Source: Chiloscyllium plagiosum (Eukaryota). Taken from it: a DNA stretch of 39,464 nt. The position numbers and the translations under genes are program-made. The notes beneath the pieces are model-generated. The model was not told the origin of the DNA, ran no database searches, and was given only the letters and a program-made list of their open reading frames with translations. Positions 25,201-32,837 of the stretch are shown here, piece by piece. Within the stretch, counting starts at the first letter, position 1; every line of letters begins with the position of its first letter. The stretch lies in NCBI RefSeq assembly GCF_004010195.1, contig NC_057754.1, forward strand, positions 4,465,681 to 4,505,144, written 5' to 3'.

Positions 25201-28200
25201 NNNNNNNNNNNNNNNNNNNNNNNNNNNNNNNNNNNNNNNNNNNNNNNNNNNNNNNNNNNNNNNNNNNNNNNNNNNNNNNNNNNNNNNNNNNNNNNNNNNN
25301 NNNNNNNNNNNNNNNNNNNNNNNNNNNNNNNNNNNNNNNNNNNNNNNNNNNNNNNNNNNNNNNNNGGTATATCAGAGAGTGTTACAGTGAGGGGTGTGCG
25401 GTATATCGGAGAGTGTTACAGTGAGGGGTGTGGGGTATATCAGAGAGTGTTACAGTGAGGGGTGTGGGGTATATCAGAGAGTGTTACAGTGAGGGGTGTG
25501 GGGTATATCAGAGAGTGTTACAGTGAGGGGTGTGGGGTATATCAGAGAGTGTTACAGTGAGGGGTGTGGGGTATATCAGAGAGTGTTACAGTGAGGGGTG
25601 TGGGGTATATCAGAGAGTGTTACAGTGAGGGGTGTGGGGTATATCAGAGAGTGTTACAGTGAGGGGTGTGGGGTATATCAGAGTGTGTTACAGTGAGGGG
25701 TGTGCGGTATATCGAAGAGTGCTATAGTGTGCAGTATATCAGAGAATGCTATAGTGAGGGGTGTGGGGCATATCAGAGAATGCTGCAATGAGGGGTGTGG
25801 GGTACATCAGAGAGTGTTACAGTGAATGATGTGGGTTTGATCAGTGGAATATCAGTGTTAATTTAAGGGGTCTCGGGTAACTCGGATTAGAGTGTTACGG
25901 TGATTGTAATTGTAGAGTGTTACGGTGATTGTAATGTGTCTGTTCCTCAGACAGGGTTTAATTCTTACTTGTCCTTCATTTTCATTCTCCAACTGACAAA
26001 CAAGCCAATGAACAGCACTAGCACCAGCAGTGCACCTCCAAATGCTGCCAGTATGACCCCAGACTGTAGATCTCCATTGTGAATAGTTGGTACAGCAGTT
26101 TTGGTGGTGAGGTCTTGATTCTCAATCTCTGTGTGATACAAACAGAAAAATTGTTAGTGAGGATGTTAACAAGTGAGATAACTGCCTTCAGTAATGCAAT
26201 GACCATGTCTTTCACCTGTTCCAATGAGCTAGCCACCAATCATTGTCTACATTTAATATAGTTAGGTAATAACCCGCAAGGAACTTATATACTGTGCAGA
26301 GATTTCTCTTTCTTTACTTTTTCCTTGGATGTGGGCATTATTAGCAAAACAAGCAGAGTGGCTCAGTGGTTAGTGCTGCTGCCTCACAGCATTTGTTCAA
26401 TCCCAGTCTTGTGCAACTGTCTCAAGTTTGCATTTTTGGGAAAGCAAATCTTAGCAGGACTTATACACTTAATGGTTAGGTCCTAGGGAGTGTTAAAGGA
26501 GAAAGTGAGGTCTGCAGATGCTGGAGATCAAAGTTGAAACTTTATTGCTGGAACAGCACAGCAGGTCAGGCAGCATCCAGGGAACAGGAGATTCGACGTT
26601 TCGGGCACAGGCCCTTCTTCAGGAATGAAGGGAGTGTTGCAGAACAAAGAGACCTGAAGTGCAGATTCATAGCTCCTTGAAAGTGGAGTCGCAGGTAGAT
26701 AGGATAGTGAAGAAGGCGTTTGGTATGCTTTCCTTTATTGGTCAGAGTATTGAGTACAGGAGTTGGGAGGTCATATTGCGGCTGTACAGGACATTGGTTA
26801 GGCCCACTGTTGGAATATTGCATGCAATTCTGGTCTTCTTCCTATCGGAAAGATGTTGTGAAACTTGAAAGGGTTCAGAAAAGGGTGGTGCGTGTATGGA
26901 ATGAGCTGCCAGAGGAAGTGGTGGAGGCTGGTACAATTGCAACATTTAAGAGGCACCTGGATGGGTATATGAATAGGAAGGGTTTGGAGGGATATGGACC
27001 GGGTGCTGGCAGGTGGGACTAGATTGGGTTGGGATATCTGGTCGGCATGGATGGGTTGGACCAAAGGGTCTGTTTCCATGCTGTACATCTCTATGACTCT
27101 ATCTGTGTGGGCTTCCTCTGAGTGATCCAGTTTCCTCCCACAGTCCAAAGATGTGTAGGTTAGTGTGCACTGGCTGCACTATGTTGCCCATAGTGTCCAG
27201 GGGATGTGAAGACTAGGTGAGTTGGCTGCTGGAAATGGAGGGAAGGTGGCGAGATGCTTTTTGGAGGAACAGTGCAGACTCAAAGGGATGAATGGCTTCT
27301 TCCTGCACTGTAGGGATTCTATAATTTGTGCCCATCCCCAAGTACCATTGAACTAAGCAACTTACTAGGCCATTTCTGAGCCAAACACATTGCTGGGGTT
27401 CCCTTTCCTTAAGGACATTAGTGAACCAGACGAGTTTTTCAACAATGGTTTCACGGTGATCATTGGATTTTTAATTCCAGATTTTTATTGAATTCAAATT
27501 TCACCATCTGCCATAGAAAGATTATCTGGATTAATATTCCAGCGATAATACCACCGGGCCTTTGCCTCCCTGCTATCAGTGCAGTAATCTACATAAGGTC
27601 CACTTGATGAGCTTTTACTTTAGGGATCTGCTGTTCAGTTGAGAGATTTGTGTTACCTTCACCATACACTCAATTTGTCCCATGGATACAGAAAAACACA
27701 GATGTGTGATATTATCGTCCATTGTCACATCAAGCAATAGGTTTACTGACTCTGGGATCTACCCAATGGGTGCAGGAGACCTTGGGTTCCTCCACCACGA
27801 TCCTATTTACCCCCCTGTGTACATGAAGATGGAAGGGAGCTGTTCATCCCTCTGGTTGATATCACTGACTGATGTGACTGAACAACATCATTTGTTTAAA
27901 ACTCTAAAACCTCCCCAGATGGATGGACTGTCACCATTGTATAAAAAAGTGGTCAAGGTCACTCGTAAAAACATGTTTATGCATTAATTTGCGATATCGC
28001 ACAGTACAACTTCGACCCCAAGGGAGCCCTAGCATCGGACCATACCTACCAGTGTTCCCAAGTTAAAAACAAATAAAGATTTGTAACAATAAAGAAAATC
28101 AACACATCCCAAACTGCATTACAACCAATCAAGGACTTTGGAAGTGTAGTAACCTTTGAAATATTGCTGCAAATTGCACATAGCATGCTGCCACAAATAG

Positions 28201-30235
28201 AAGGATGATAATGACCGGGTAATAAACTTTAGTGATTTCAGTTGTGAGCCCTCAGGTCCTGTTTTTCATTGAAAAAGGACATTGAATGCTTATACCCAGT
28301 TGAGATGGGCTTCCATTTGATATTGCCTCTGGAGAACAGCACCTCATGCTGTGCAGCGCTAACTCAGTACTGCACTGGGGCACCTCCTGCTGTGCAGCGC
28401 TAACTCAGTACTGCATTGGGGCACCTCCTGCTGTACAGCACTCCGTCAGTACTGCATTGGGACACCTCCTGCTGTAAAGCACTCCCTCAGTACTGCATTG
28501 GTACACCTCATGCTGTACAGCACTCCCTCAGTACTGCAATGGGGCACCTCCTGCTGTATAACACTCCCTCAGTACTGCATTTGCACACCTCCTGCTGTGC
28601 AGTGCGCCCTCAGTACTGCATTGGGACACCTCCTACTTTACAGCACTCCCTCAGTACTGCATTGGGGCACCTCCTGCTGTGCAGCACTCCCTCAGTACTG
28701 CATTGGGGCACCTCCTGTTGTACAGCACTCCCTCAGTACTGCATTGGTACACCTCATGCTGTACAGCACTCTCTCAGTACTGCATTGGGGCACCTCCTGC
28801 TGTATAACACTCCCTCAGTACTGCATTTGCACACCTCCTGCTGTGCAGTGCGCCCTCAGTACTGCATTGGGACACCTCCTACTTTACAGCACTCCCTCAG
28901 TACTGCATTGGGGCACCTCCTGCTTTACAGCACTCCATCAGTACTGCATTGGGACACCTCCTGCTGTATAGCACTCCCTCAGTACTGCATTGGGGCACTT
29001 CCTGCTTTACAGCACTCCCTCAGTACTTCATTGGGACACCTCCAGCTGTGCAGCACTCCCTCAGTACTGCATTGGGACACCTCCAGCTGTGCAGCACTCC
29101 CTCAGTACTGCATTGGGACACCTCCTGCTGTACAGCACTCTCTCAGTACTGCATTGGGGCACCTCCTGTTGTACAGCACTCCCTCAGCACTGCATTGGGC
29201 ATCTACTGCTGTACAGCACTCCCTCAGTACTGCATTGGGGCACCTCCTGCTGTGCAGCACTCCCTCAGCACTGCATTGGGGCATCTACTGCTGTACAGCA
29301 CTCCCTCAGTACTGCATTGGGGCACCTCCTATTGTACAGCACTCCCTCAGTACTGCATTGGGACACCTCCTGCTGTGCAGCACTCTCTCAGTACTGCATT
29401 GGGGCACCTCTTGTTGTACAGCACTTCCTTAGTACTGCATTGGGACACCTCCTGCTGTGCAGCACTTCCTTAGTACTGCATTGGGACACCTCCTGTTGTG
29501 CAGCACTTCCTTAGTACTGCATTGGGACACCTCCTGCTGTGCAGCACTCCCTCAGTACTGCATTGGGGCACCTCCTGTTGTACAGCACTCCCTCAGTACT
29601 GCATTGGGGCACCTCCTGTTGTACAGCACTCCCTCAGAACTGCATTGGGGCACCTCCTGTTGTACAGCACTCCCTCAGCACTGCATTGGGGCCCCTCCTG
29701 CTGTACAGCACTCCCTCAGTACTGCAATGGGGTGTCAAGCTAAACATTGCATAAAAACCCCTTGGATGAGACTTGAATTTACAAACTTGTGGCTCAGAAG
29801 ATGGAAGCACTGCGCATTGATCCATGGCCGATGTGTGATTTTGATGATTAAAGGTGTCAAAGATTATTTGGCAATAACTGCACAGAAAAATCAGTGAATT
29901 GTAGCAGCTGTAACAGTAGTACATTGAAGCACAGAATGGCTCCCCCGCCTCTCCAGGATATATACAGCTTCCAATATTTTCCAGGTTTACTTTCTACCCA
30001 TGGAGAAAGTTTCTTCAGTGTATATCTCCTATTTCGCACGAACACTGACAATTTTCGCTGTAATGCTTCTTACCGTAGGCAGTGCAAGCAGCCGACGGAG
30101 AGTGTGCCTCAGTCCTGTTGTAACCACTTAAACATGGGCAGGAGACAGAGGCCTCAGTATCGGAATGACTGTTGGTGGGGCATTTGGTGCAGTCGCCGTG
30201 CCCTGGTGTGTCCTTGTAATATCCTATTTTACAAG
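955..30235 (-). CDS. Multi-exon TAM-family-like receptor tyrosine kinase with an Eph-type cysteine-rich ectodomain module (5'-partial; 11 exons reconstructed)
   Basis: Exons 30074-30235, 25969-26128, 23344-23423, 22356-22451, 20911-20991, 17736-17828, 13777-13898, 11626-11735, 9568-9727, 4836-4972 and 955-1228 splice with GT-AG and matching phases into one frame ending in TAG at 955-957. Motifs [52 protein letters not shown] and SDVWSFG are present. It cannot be confidently assigned to AXL, MERTK or TYRO3. Confidence 0.9.
1315..1780 (+). mobile_element. Rex1/Babar-like LINE 3' fragment with a small insert
   Basis: Degenerate IIKDPSxP.YTLF...GRR...[15 protein letters not shown] reading, followed by a 3' tail ending aataataaatcaaatcaaa. 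Confidence 0.65.
2050..3365 (-). mobile_element. Tx1/L1-clade LINE fragment (RT C-terminal region)
   Basis: YMDDIAIF motif near 3345-3360 and ORF 2989-3192 (LGIWFGGAG...KVRQKLDLW...LLYVAQVW). The frame is disrupted. Confidence 0.8.
3380..3685 (-). mobile_element. tRNA-derived SINE (second family), inverted relative to the copy at 3960-4295
   Basis: Reverse-complement similarity to 3960-4295 (gagtcaaccacattg, ggtgaaccagatgggtt, aaattccaccagctgcc). Confidence 0.6.
3960..4295 (+). mobile_element. tRNA-derived SINE (second family); other copies at about 21745-21995 (+) and 27330-27570 (-)
   Basis: B-box-like ggttcaaacc, shared core tagggaaggaaatctgcc...gtgactccagacccacagcaatgtggttgactct, and a LINE-like tail. 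Confidence 0.65.
4836..4972 (-). CDS. RTK kinase exon (137 nt)
   Basis: Acceptor cattcacag, donor GTAAG. Reads [45 protein letters not shown](L). Confidence 0.95.
5228..5912 (-). mobile_element. HE1-like tRNA SINE with an internal 53-bp tandem expansion
   Basis: The minus strand starts gtggctcagtggttagcact...ggttcgattcc (A/B boxes) and has the ggtttcctccca-tagtccaaagatgtgcag core. caatttagca recurs at 5508, 5561, 5614, 5667 and 5720. Confidence 0.85.
7010..7458 (+). mobile_element. CR1/HER1 LINE 3' fragment
   Basis: Degenerate [13 protein letters not shown]...SKTRGHKFK...RGNFFMQRV reading and the typical tail gagggatatgagccaaatgctgg. Confidence 0.85.
7457..9038 (+). mobile_element. Penelope-like element (GIY-YIG endonuclease end plus 3' region), interrupted by a SINE
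   Basis: Reads [36 protein letters not shown]...EHFSGPGH...AERRLIAKF...GFN, then a CA-rich tail. It resumes after 8757 with a ctgatga...gaaa motif. Confidence 0.8.
8410..8757 (-). mobile_element. HE1-like tRNA SINE, near full length
   Basis: The minus strand starts gggcagcacggtggttcagtggttcgcactgctgcctcacagc and has a CR1-type tail ending ccacactgtagggattc. Confidence 0.9.
9568..9727 (-). CDS. RTK activation-loop exon (160 nt)
   Basis: Acceptor ttttgcacag, donor GTATG. Reads (M)[53 protein letters not shown]. Confidence 0.96.
10030..11140. repeat. About 70-bp minisatellite (gggagtgtttgatggggacagtgtagagggagctttactctgtatctaaccccgtgctgtccctgtcct)
   Basis: Period 70 (for example 10180 and 10250), roughly 16 units, some internally deleted. 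Confidence 0.95.
11626..11735 (-). CDS. RTK catalytic-loop exon (110 nt), missed by the ORF track
   Basis: Acceptor cttttcctag, donor GTGAG. Reads [36 protein letters not shown](M). Confidence 0.95.
11805..12215 (+). mobile_element. DeuSINE (SacSINE1/AmnSINE1-like), old copy
   Basis: cagtgcagtactgaggggaatgctgcact...tctcaggtgaa...tatttgaagaacag...tcctggtcaat...ctatataaat follows the Deu-domain order as I recall it. Confidence 0.7.
12660..13405 (+). mobile_element. LINE reverse-transcriptase fragment (CR1/L2 group)
   Basis: Degenerate [17 protein letters not shown]...[15 protein letters not shown]...[10 protein letters not shown] and INDLPS...IFTADCTMF readings. Confidence 0.75.
13777..13898 (-). 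CDS. RTK hinge exon (122 nt)
   Basis: Acceptor attttccatag, donor GTAAC. Reads (G)[40 protein letters not shown]. The [13 protein letters not shown] motif is TAM-like. Confidence 0.94.
13990..14500 (+). mobile_element. CR1/HER1 LINE 3' fragments
   Basis: ORF 14287-14496 ([29 protein letters not shown]) and the CR1 tail. Confidence 0.8.
14670..14968 (+). mobile_element. HE1-like tRNA SINE
   Basis: gggtggcatggtggctcagtggttagcactgcagcctcacag...gggcctgtttccacactgtagggaatctaatc. Confidence 0.9.
14985..15435 (-). mobile_element. CR1-type LINE 3' fragment
   Basis: ORF 15160-15441 ([20 protein letters not shown]). Confidence 0.75.
16300..17252 (+). mobile_element. Penelope-like element 3' part (GIY-YIG endonuclease) with terminal hammerhead-like motif
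   Basis: CHCRNCKTC...[37 protein letters not shown]...VAEHFNSPS...[20 protein letters not shown]. There is a 29-bp tandem duplication at 16573-16630. Confidence 0.88.
17736..17828 (-). CDS. RTK alphaC exon (93 nt)
   Basis: Acceptor ttctctttcag, donor GTACA. Reads (H)[30 protein letters not shown](G). Confidence 0.93.
18108..19078 (-). mobile_element. CR1/HER1 LINE 3' part (about 1 kb)
   Basis: ORFs 18710-19114, 18499-18747 and 18194-18469 ([43 protein letters not shown]), with a (ttctatg)n-type tail. Confidence 0.92.
19082..19595 (-). mobile_element. Tx1/L1-clade LINE 3' end, related to 2050-3365
   Basis: Shares ttggaatgtgccagtctgca...ccaacaagttttgggca...gcgcagtcgatgtt with 2190-2315. ORF 19349-19573 reads [10 protein letters not shown]...[13 protein letters not shown]. 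Confidence 0.75.
20335..20800. repeat. Degenerate 44-45-bp tandem repeat (cccattcactcccactacacagaatcccaatgga...)
   Basis: gaatccca recurs at about 20400, 20445, 20489, 20533 and 20578. Confidence 0.75.
20911..20991 (-). CDS. RTK Gly-loop/VAVK exon (81 nt)
   Basis: Acceptor gtatttag, donor GTAAG. Reads (G)[26 protein letters not shown]. Confidence 0.94.
21690..22340 (+). mobile_element. DeuSINE-like element with a nested tRNA SINE (about 21745-21995)
   Basis: gaaaagatcccacag...caatatttatccctcaa...gtttgtggaagcttgc...ggctgcc...cttcagaagtac...ataaatgcaag. Confidence 0.6.
22356..22451 (-). CDS. RTK juxtamembrane/kinase-start exon (96 nt)
   Basis: Acceptor ttttttatttctag, donor GTATG. Reads (L)[31 protein letters not shown](G), which resembles the TAM LGxSxxL...LGxxLGEG segment. 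Confidence 0.92.
22628..23278 (-). mobile_element. CR1/HER1 LINE 3' fragment
   Basis: ORF 22645-23082 ([36 protein letters not shown]...[17 protein letters not shown]). Confidence 0.9.
23344..23423 (-). CDS. RTK juxtamembrane exon (80 nt, phase 2-1)
   Basis: Acceptor tcatttcccag, donor GTAAGT. Reads (K)[26 protein letters not shown](L), resembling the AXL-type KSYSRRTTEATL segment. It bridges the phases of the flanking exons exactly. Confidence 0.82.
23755..24570 (-). mobile_element. Degenerate CR1/L2-type LINE fragment
   Basis: Shares CR1 landmarks (ctcaccaaggctctgtacagctgcagcaag, aaggccaacat, tgtaaaaggacaccca). Confidence 0.6.
24955..25825. repeat. 34-bp minisatellite (ggggtatatcagagagtgttacagtgaggggtgt) spanning an assembly gap
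   Basis: Near-identical units lie on both sides of the N run and decay towards 25825. Confidence 0.95.
25063..25365. other. Assembly gap (303 N)
   Basis: Run of N bases. Confidence 1.
25969..26128 (-). CDS. RTK stalk plus transmembrane exon (160 nt, phase 1-2)
   Basis: Acceptor tcacacag, donor GTAAG. Reads (E)[52 protein letters not shown](K): a hydrophobic helix followed by a basic stop-transfer segment. Confidence 0.88.
26355..27322 (+). mobile_element. HE1-like SINE split by a CR1 fragment (about 26437-27102), which itself contains a 134-bp Penelope-derived insert
   Basis: SINE head gtggctcagtggttagtgctgctgcctcacagc at about 26358 and SINE body resuming tctgtgtgggcttcctctgagtgatccagtttcctcccacagtccaaag at about 27102. 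CR1 ORFs lie at 26659-27022. Confidence 0.85.
26591..26626 (-). ncRNA. Minimal type I hammerhead ribozyme motif (Penelope-associated)
   Basis: AUUC-CUGAAGA-A-GGGC-CUGU-GCCC-GAAA-C-GUC-GAAU: the core CUGANGA/GAAA, stem II GGGC/GCCC, stem I AUUC/GAAU and a GUC cleavage triplet are all present. Confidence 0.75.
28095..29815 (-). mobile_element. DeuSINE-like element hosting the 41-bp array
   Basis: 28100-28340 resembles the reverse complement of the Deu-domain 3' part. 29730-29815 (gtgtcaagctaaac...gacttgaatttacaaacttgtggctcaga) resembles its 5' part. Confidence 0.6.
28340..29730. repeat. 41-bp minisatellite (cagcactccctcagtactgcattggggcacctcctgctgta), about 34 units
   Basis: Head-to-tail units with no unique spacers. 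The array generates the long repetitive ORFs in the track. Confidence 0.97.
30074..30235 (-). CDS. Eph-receptor-type cysteine-rich/EGF-like exon (162 nt, phase 1-1)
   Basis: Acceptor ctcccacag, donor GTAAG. Reads (A)[53 protein letters not shown], matching the Eph pattern CxxGYYK...CxKCPxxSxS...CxCxxGYxR...CT. Contains an NRT sequon. Confidence 0.88.
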
Positions 30236-30304
30236 CTGTGGGAGGGACAGAATAAATCAATAAACGGTAAACAGGTAAAAATATTCAGTTCTGGATTGTT
30301 AAAA

Positions 30305-30645
30305 AAAAAACACTTGAATTTATATAGCACCTTTCCTGACCTCAAGATGTCCCAACACACTTCAGAAGTACTTTACAAGTGCTCGGATTATTGTGTTGCC
30401 AGCAAACTCCCTCAAACAGCAAAATGTTAACAACTGGATAGTCTGCATTTTTCTGTTGATCGAGCGATCAATATTAGCCTGGACACAGGGGAGAATTCTC
30501 TTGGTCTTTCTTCAAATAGCATCATGGAACTTTCCATGGCCCCCTGAGAGTGAAAAGGGATCTCAGTTGTACCTCAATGATGCAACACTGGGGAATGTCA
30601 GTAGAGATTACGTTTTTGTGTTTGAGTCCCTGGTGTGAGACTTTG
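30305..30645 (-). mobile_element. DeuSINE-like element
   Basis: ttatatagcacctttcctgacctcaagatgtcccaa...aatattagcctggacacaggggagaattctc...ttcttcaaatag...cctgagag. Confidence 0.65.
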
Positions 30646-30849
30646 TTAGCCATGATTTGGCTGGATTCAATATTGTCTCTTTAACATTCACGTAGACAGA
30701 CAAAGCCCTTGTTTTAATGTTTTACCCAAGGGGAGACACTGAAATGGCCATAAAACTAACTTCCAGTGACAGAGGTGTGGGTTATAAAGAAATACTGTCG
30801 AAACTCGGATTTCCATCAATCAGAGGCAGCAATCCTATCTAAGAATATA

Positions 30850-31510
30850 AATACTGTCGCTACAAGAGCAGGTCAGAGGCTAGGAATCCTGCAGCAAGTA
30901 ACTCACCTCCTGACTGTCCACCATCTACAAGGTACAAGTCAGGAGTGTGAACTATTCCCGATTGTCCTGATTGTATAGGTCCCACCTTCTTCAGAAATAT
31001 TCCCAGTGATCCAGGAATCTAAAACCCTCCCTCCTGCATCAATACTGTGCAGCCATCTGCTCCATTCTCCTATTTCTGTATTCGCAAGCCCTTGGCACGG
31101 GGAGTAATCCTGACAGGTTTGTTTTCTTATTCAATTGTGGGCATCGCTGGCTAGGCCAGTATTTATTGCCCCCATCCCTAGTTGCCCCTTGAGAAGGTGG
31201 GGGGTTGAGCTGCCTTCTTGAACTGCTGCAGTCCATGTGCTGAGGGTTGACCCCCCATACCCTGAGGGAGGGAATTTCAGATTGTGACCCAGCAACAGTG
31301 AAGGAGCGGCCGATATATTTCCAAATCAGTGGCTCGGAGGGGAACCAGAAGGTGGTAGTGTTCCCGTGTCTCTGCAGGTCTTGTCCTTCTAGATGGAAGT
31401 GGCCATGGGTTTGGAAGGTGCCTATCTGAGGAACTCTGGTGAATTCTTGCAGTGCATCTTGTAGATGGTACACACTGCTGCTACTGAGCGTCGGGGGTGG
31501 AGGGAGTGGA
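30850..31510. mobile_element. CR1/L2-group LINE fragments in opposite orientations
   Basis: Plus strand reads ATRAGQRLGILQQVTHLL at 30858-30960. Minus-strand 3' fragment at 31135-31510 (ORF 31039-31473) has the tail tagggatggg-aataaatactggcctagccagcgatgccc. Confidence 0.65.
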
Positions 31511-32094
31511 TGCTTGTGAATGTGGTGCTAATCAAAACCTCTGATTGCAACCTTTGAGGCCCTGCTTTTTAATACACTGCTTGGCAAGACCTCATCCCTT
31601 GCCCTGCCTACGTTGCTGGTTCCCTTCAGTACCACAACCTCCATCTTATCACCATCCCCCATCAGGATTCCCTGCAGCAGAGGAGCAACACAGCAGCTTG
31701 GAGTGACAGAAATGATTAGTTTCAAAGACCTCCTCGTGTATAGGGACAGCGTTGGGATAGAATTGGTCCTGTGAAGCTTTGAATGTTGTAAAGCTGATGA
31801 TTAAATGCAGACTCCAGTGTAGAATTCCATATTACTATCAGTCTCGGTTTCTCAATGAGAACATGTTTGGGCTGGTGACTACTTTGTGTTGAAATACAGC
31901 CCTCACCACAAAGATAACGTAAAAAGCAACCTCTTACACTCTGTTAGTGAGATTGTGAAGGTTTATAAAGAGACTCTCAGTCCCAGTTCCACACCTTGAC
32001 CGCACCACTGCAAAGAAATCAATAATTATTGTCTAAGTGAAAGAAATAGGAACAGAAGTTAGCCATTCAGCCCCTTTTGCCTACCCGGTTATAG

Positions 32095-32412
32095 AATGCC
32101 TACAGTGTGGAAGCAGGCCATTCAGCCCATCCTGTCCACACTGGTCCTGCGAACAGTAGCTCACCCAGACCCATCCCGAACCCTATCCCTGTAACCCTGC
32201 ATTTCACATGGCTAACTCACTTCCCGCACACCCCTGGACACAATGGACAATTTCCCATGGCCAATCCACCATAATCTGCACATCTTTGGACTGTGGGAGG
32301 AAACCGGAGCACCCAGAGGAAACCCACGCAGGCACGGGAAGAACTCCACACGCACAGTAACCCAAGGGTGGAATCAAACCTTGGTCCCCAGTGTTGTAAG
32401 GCATGTGCCACC
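32095..32412 (-). mobile_element. HE1-like tRNA SINE
   Basis: catctttggactgtgggaggaaaccggagcacccagaggaaacccacgcag...ggaatcaaacc. Confidence 0.85.
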
Positions 32413-32837
32413 TCCTATCGGACTTGAAACATTAACTCTGTTTTGCCTCCTATAGCTGCTACCAGATCCACTGAGTTTCCCAAGTGCTTTCTGTTTTCAT
32501 TTCAAATCATACATCTGCAGTACATTGCTTTCATATGGTGTGGATGTTTGCCCTTGCGTATTCATATATAGAATAATGAGGAAAGATTTAACTTTATATA
32601 GCGCCTTTCACAGACTTGGGCTGTACCAGGTGTTTTATAGCCAATTAAATACTGTTTTTGAAGTGCTGTCACTATGCTAATATATAGAAATGTGGCTGCC
32701 AACTTGTGCACAGCAAGATCCCACAAAACCAGATGTGGTGAATGACCAGCCAGTTTGATCCATGTACTGTTTAAGGGATAAATTCAAGCTAAGAAACTGC
32801 AAGGATTCGCTATTGTTTTTCAAAATAGCCGTAGATT

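Noticed and set aside
24889..25458. ORFs of 133-189 aa
   Set aside because: These are artefacts of translating through the N gap and the 34-bp repeat.
27650..28050. Possible FN3 exon, or plus-strand ORF 27682-27987
   Set aside because: The minus-strand frame needed for the phase-1 donor near 27655 has a stop a few codons upstream and shows no FN3 pattern. The plus-strand ORF has no recognisable motif.
28340..29730. CRISPR-like regular array and long Cys/His-rich ORFs (for example 28416-29432, 338 aa)
   Set aside because: Head-to-tail 41-bp units have no unique spacers, the context is eukaryotic and there are no cas genes. The ORFs are simply stop-free readings of the repeat.
30074..30235. 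A separate canonical Eph receptor gene
   Set aside because: No FN3, Eph kinase or SAM exons follow. The next phase-compatible exon is the TM exon leading into the TAM-type kinase.
29894..30430. 178-aa plus-strand ORF
   Set aside because: It is antisense to the Eph-like exon, runs into SINE sequence and has no protein motif of its own.
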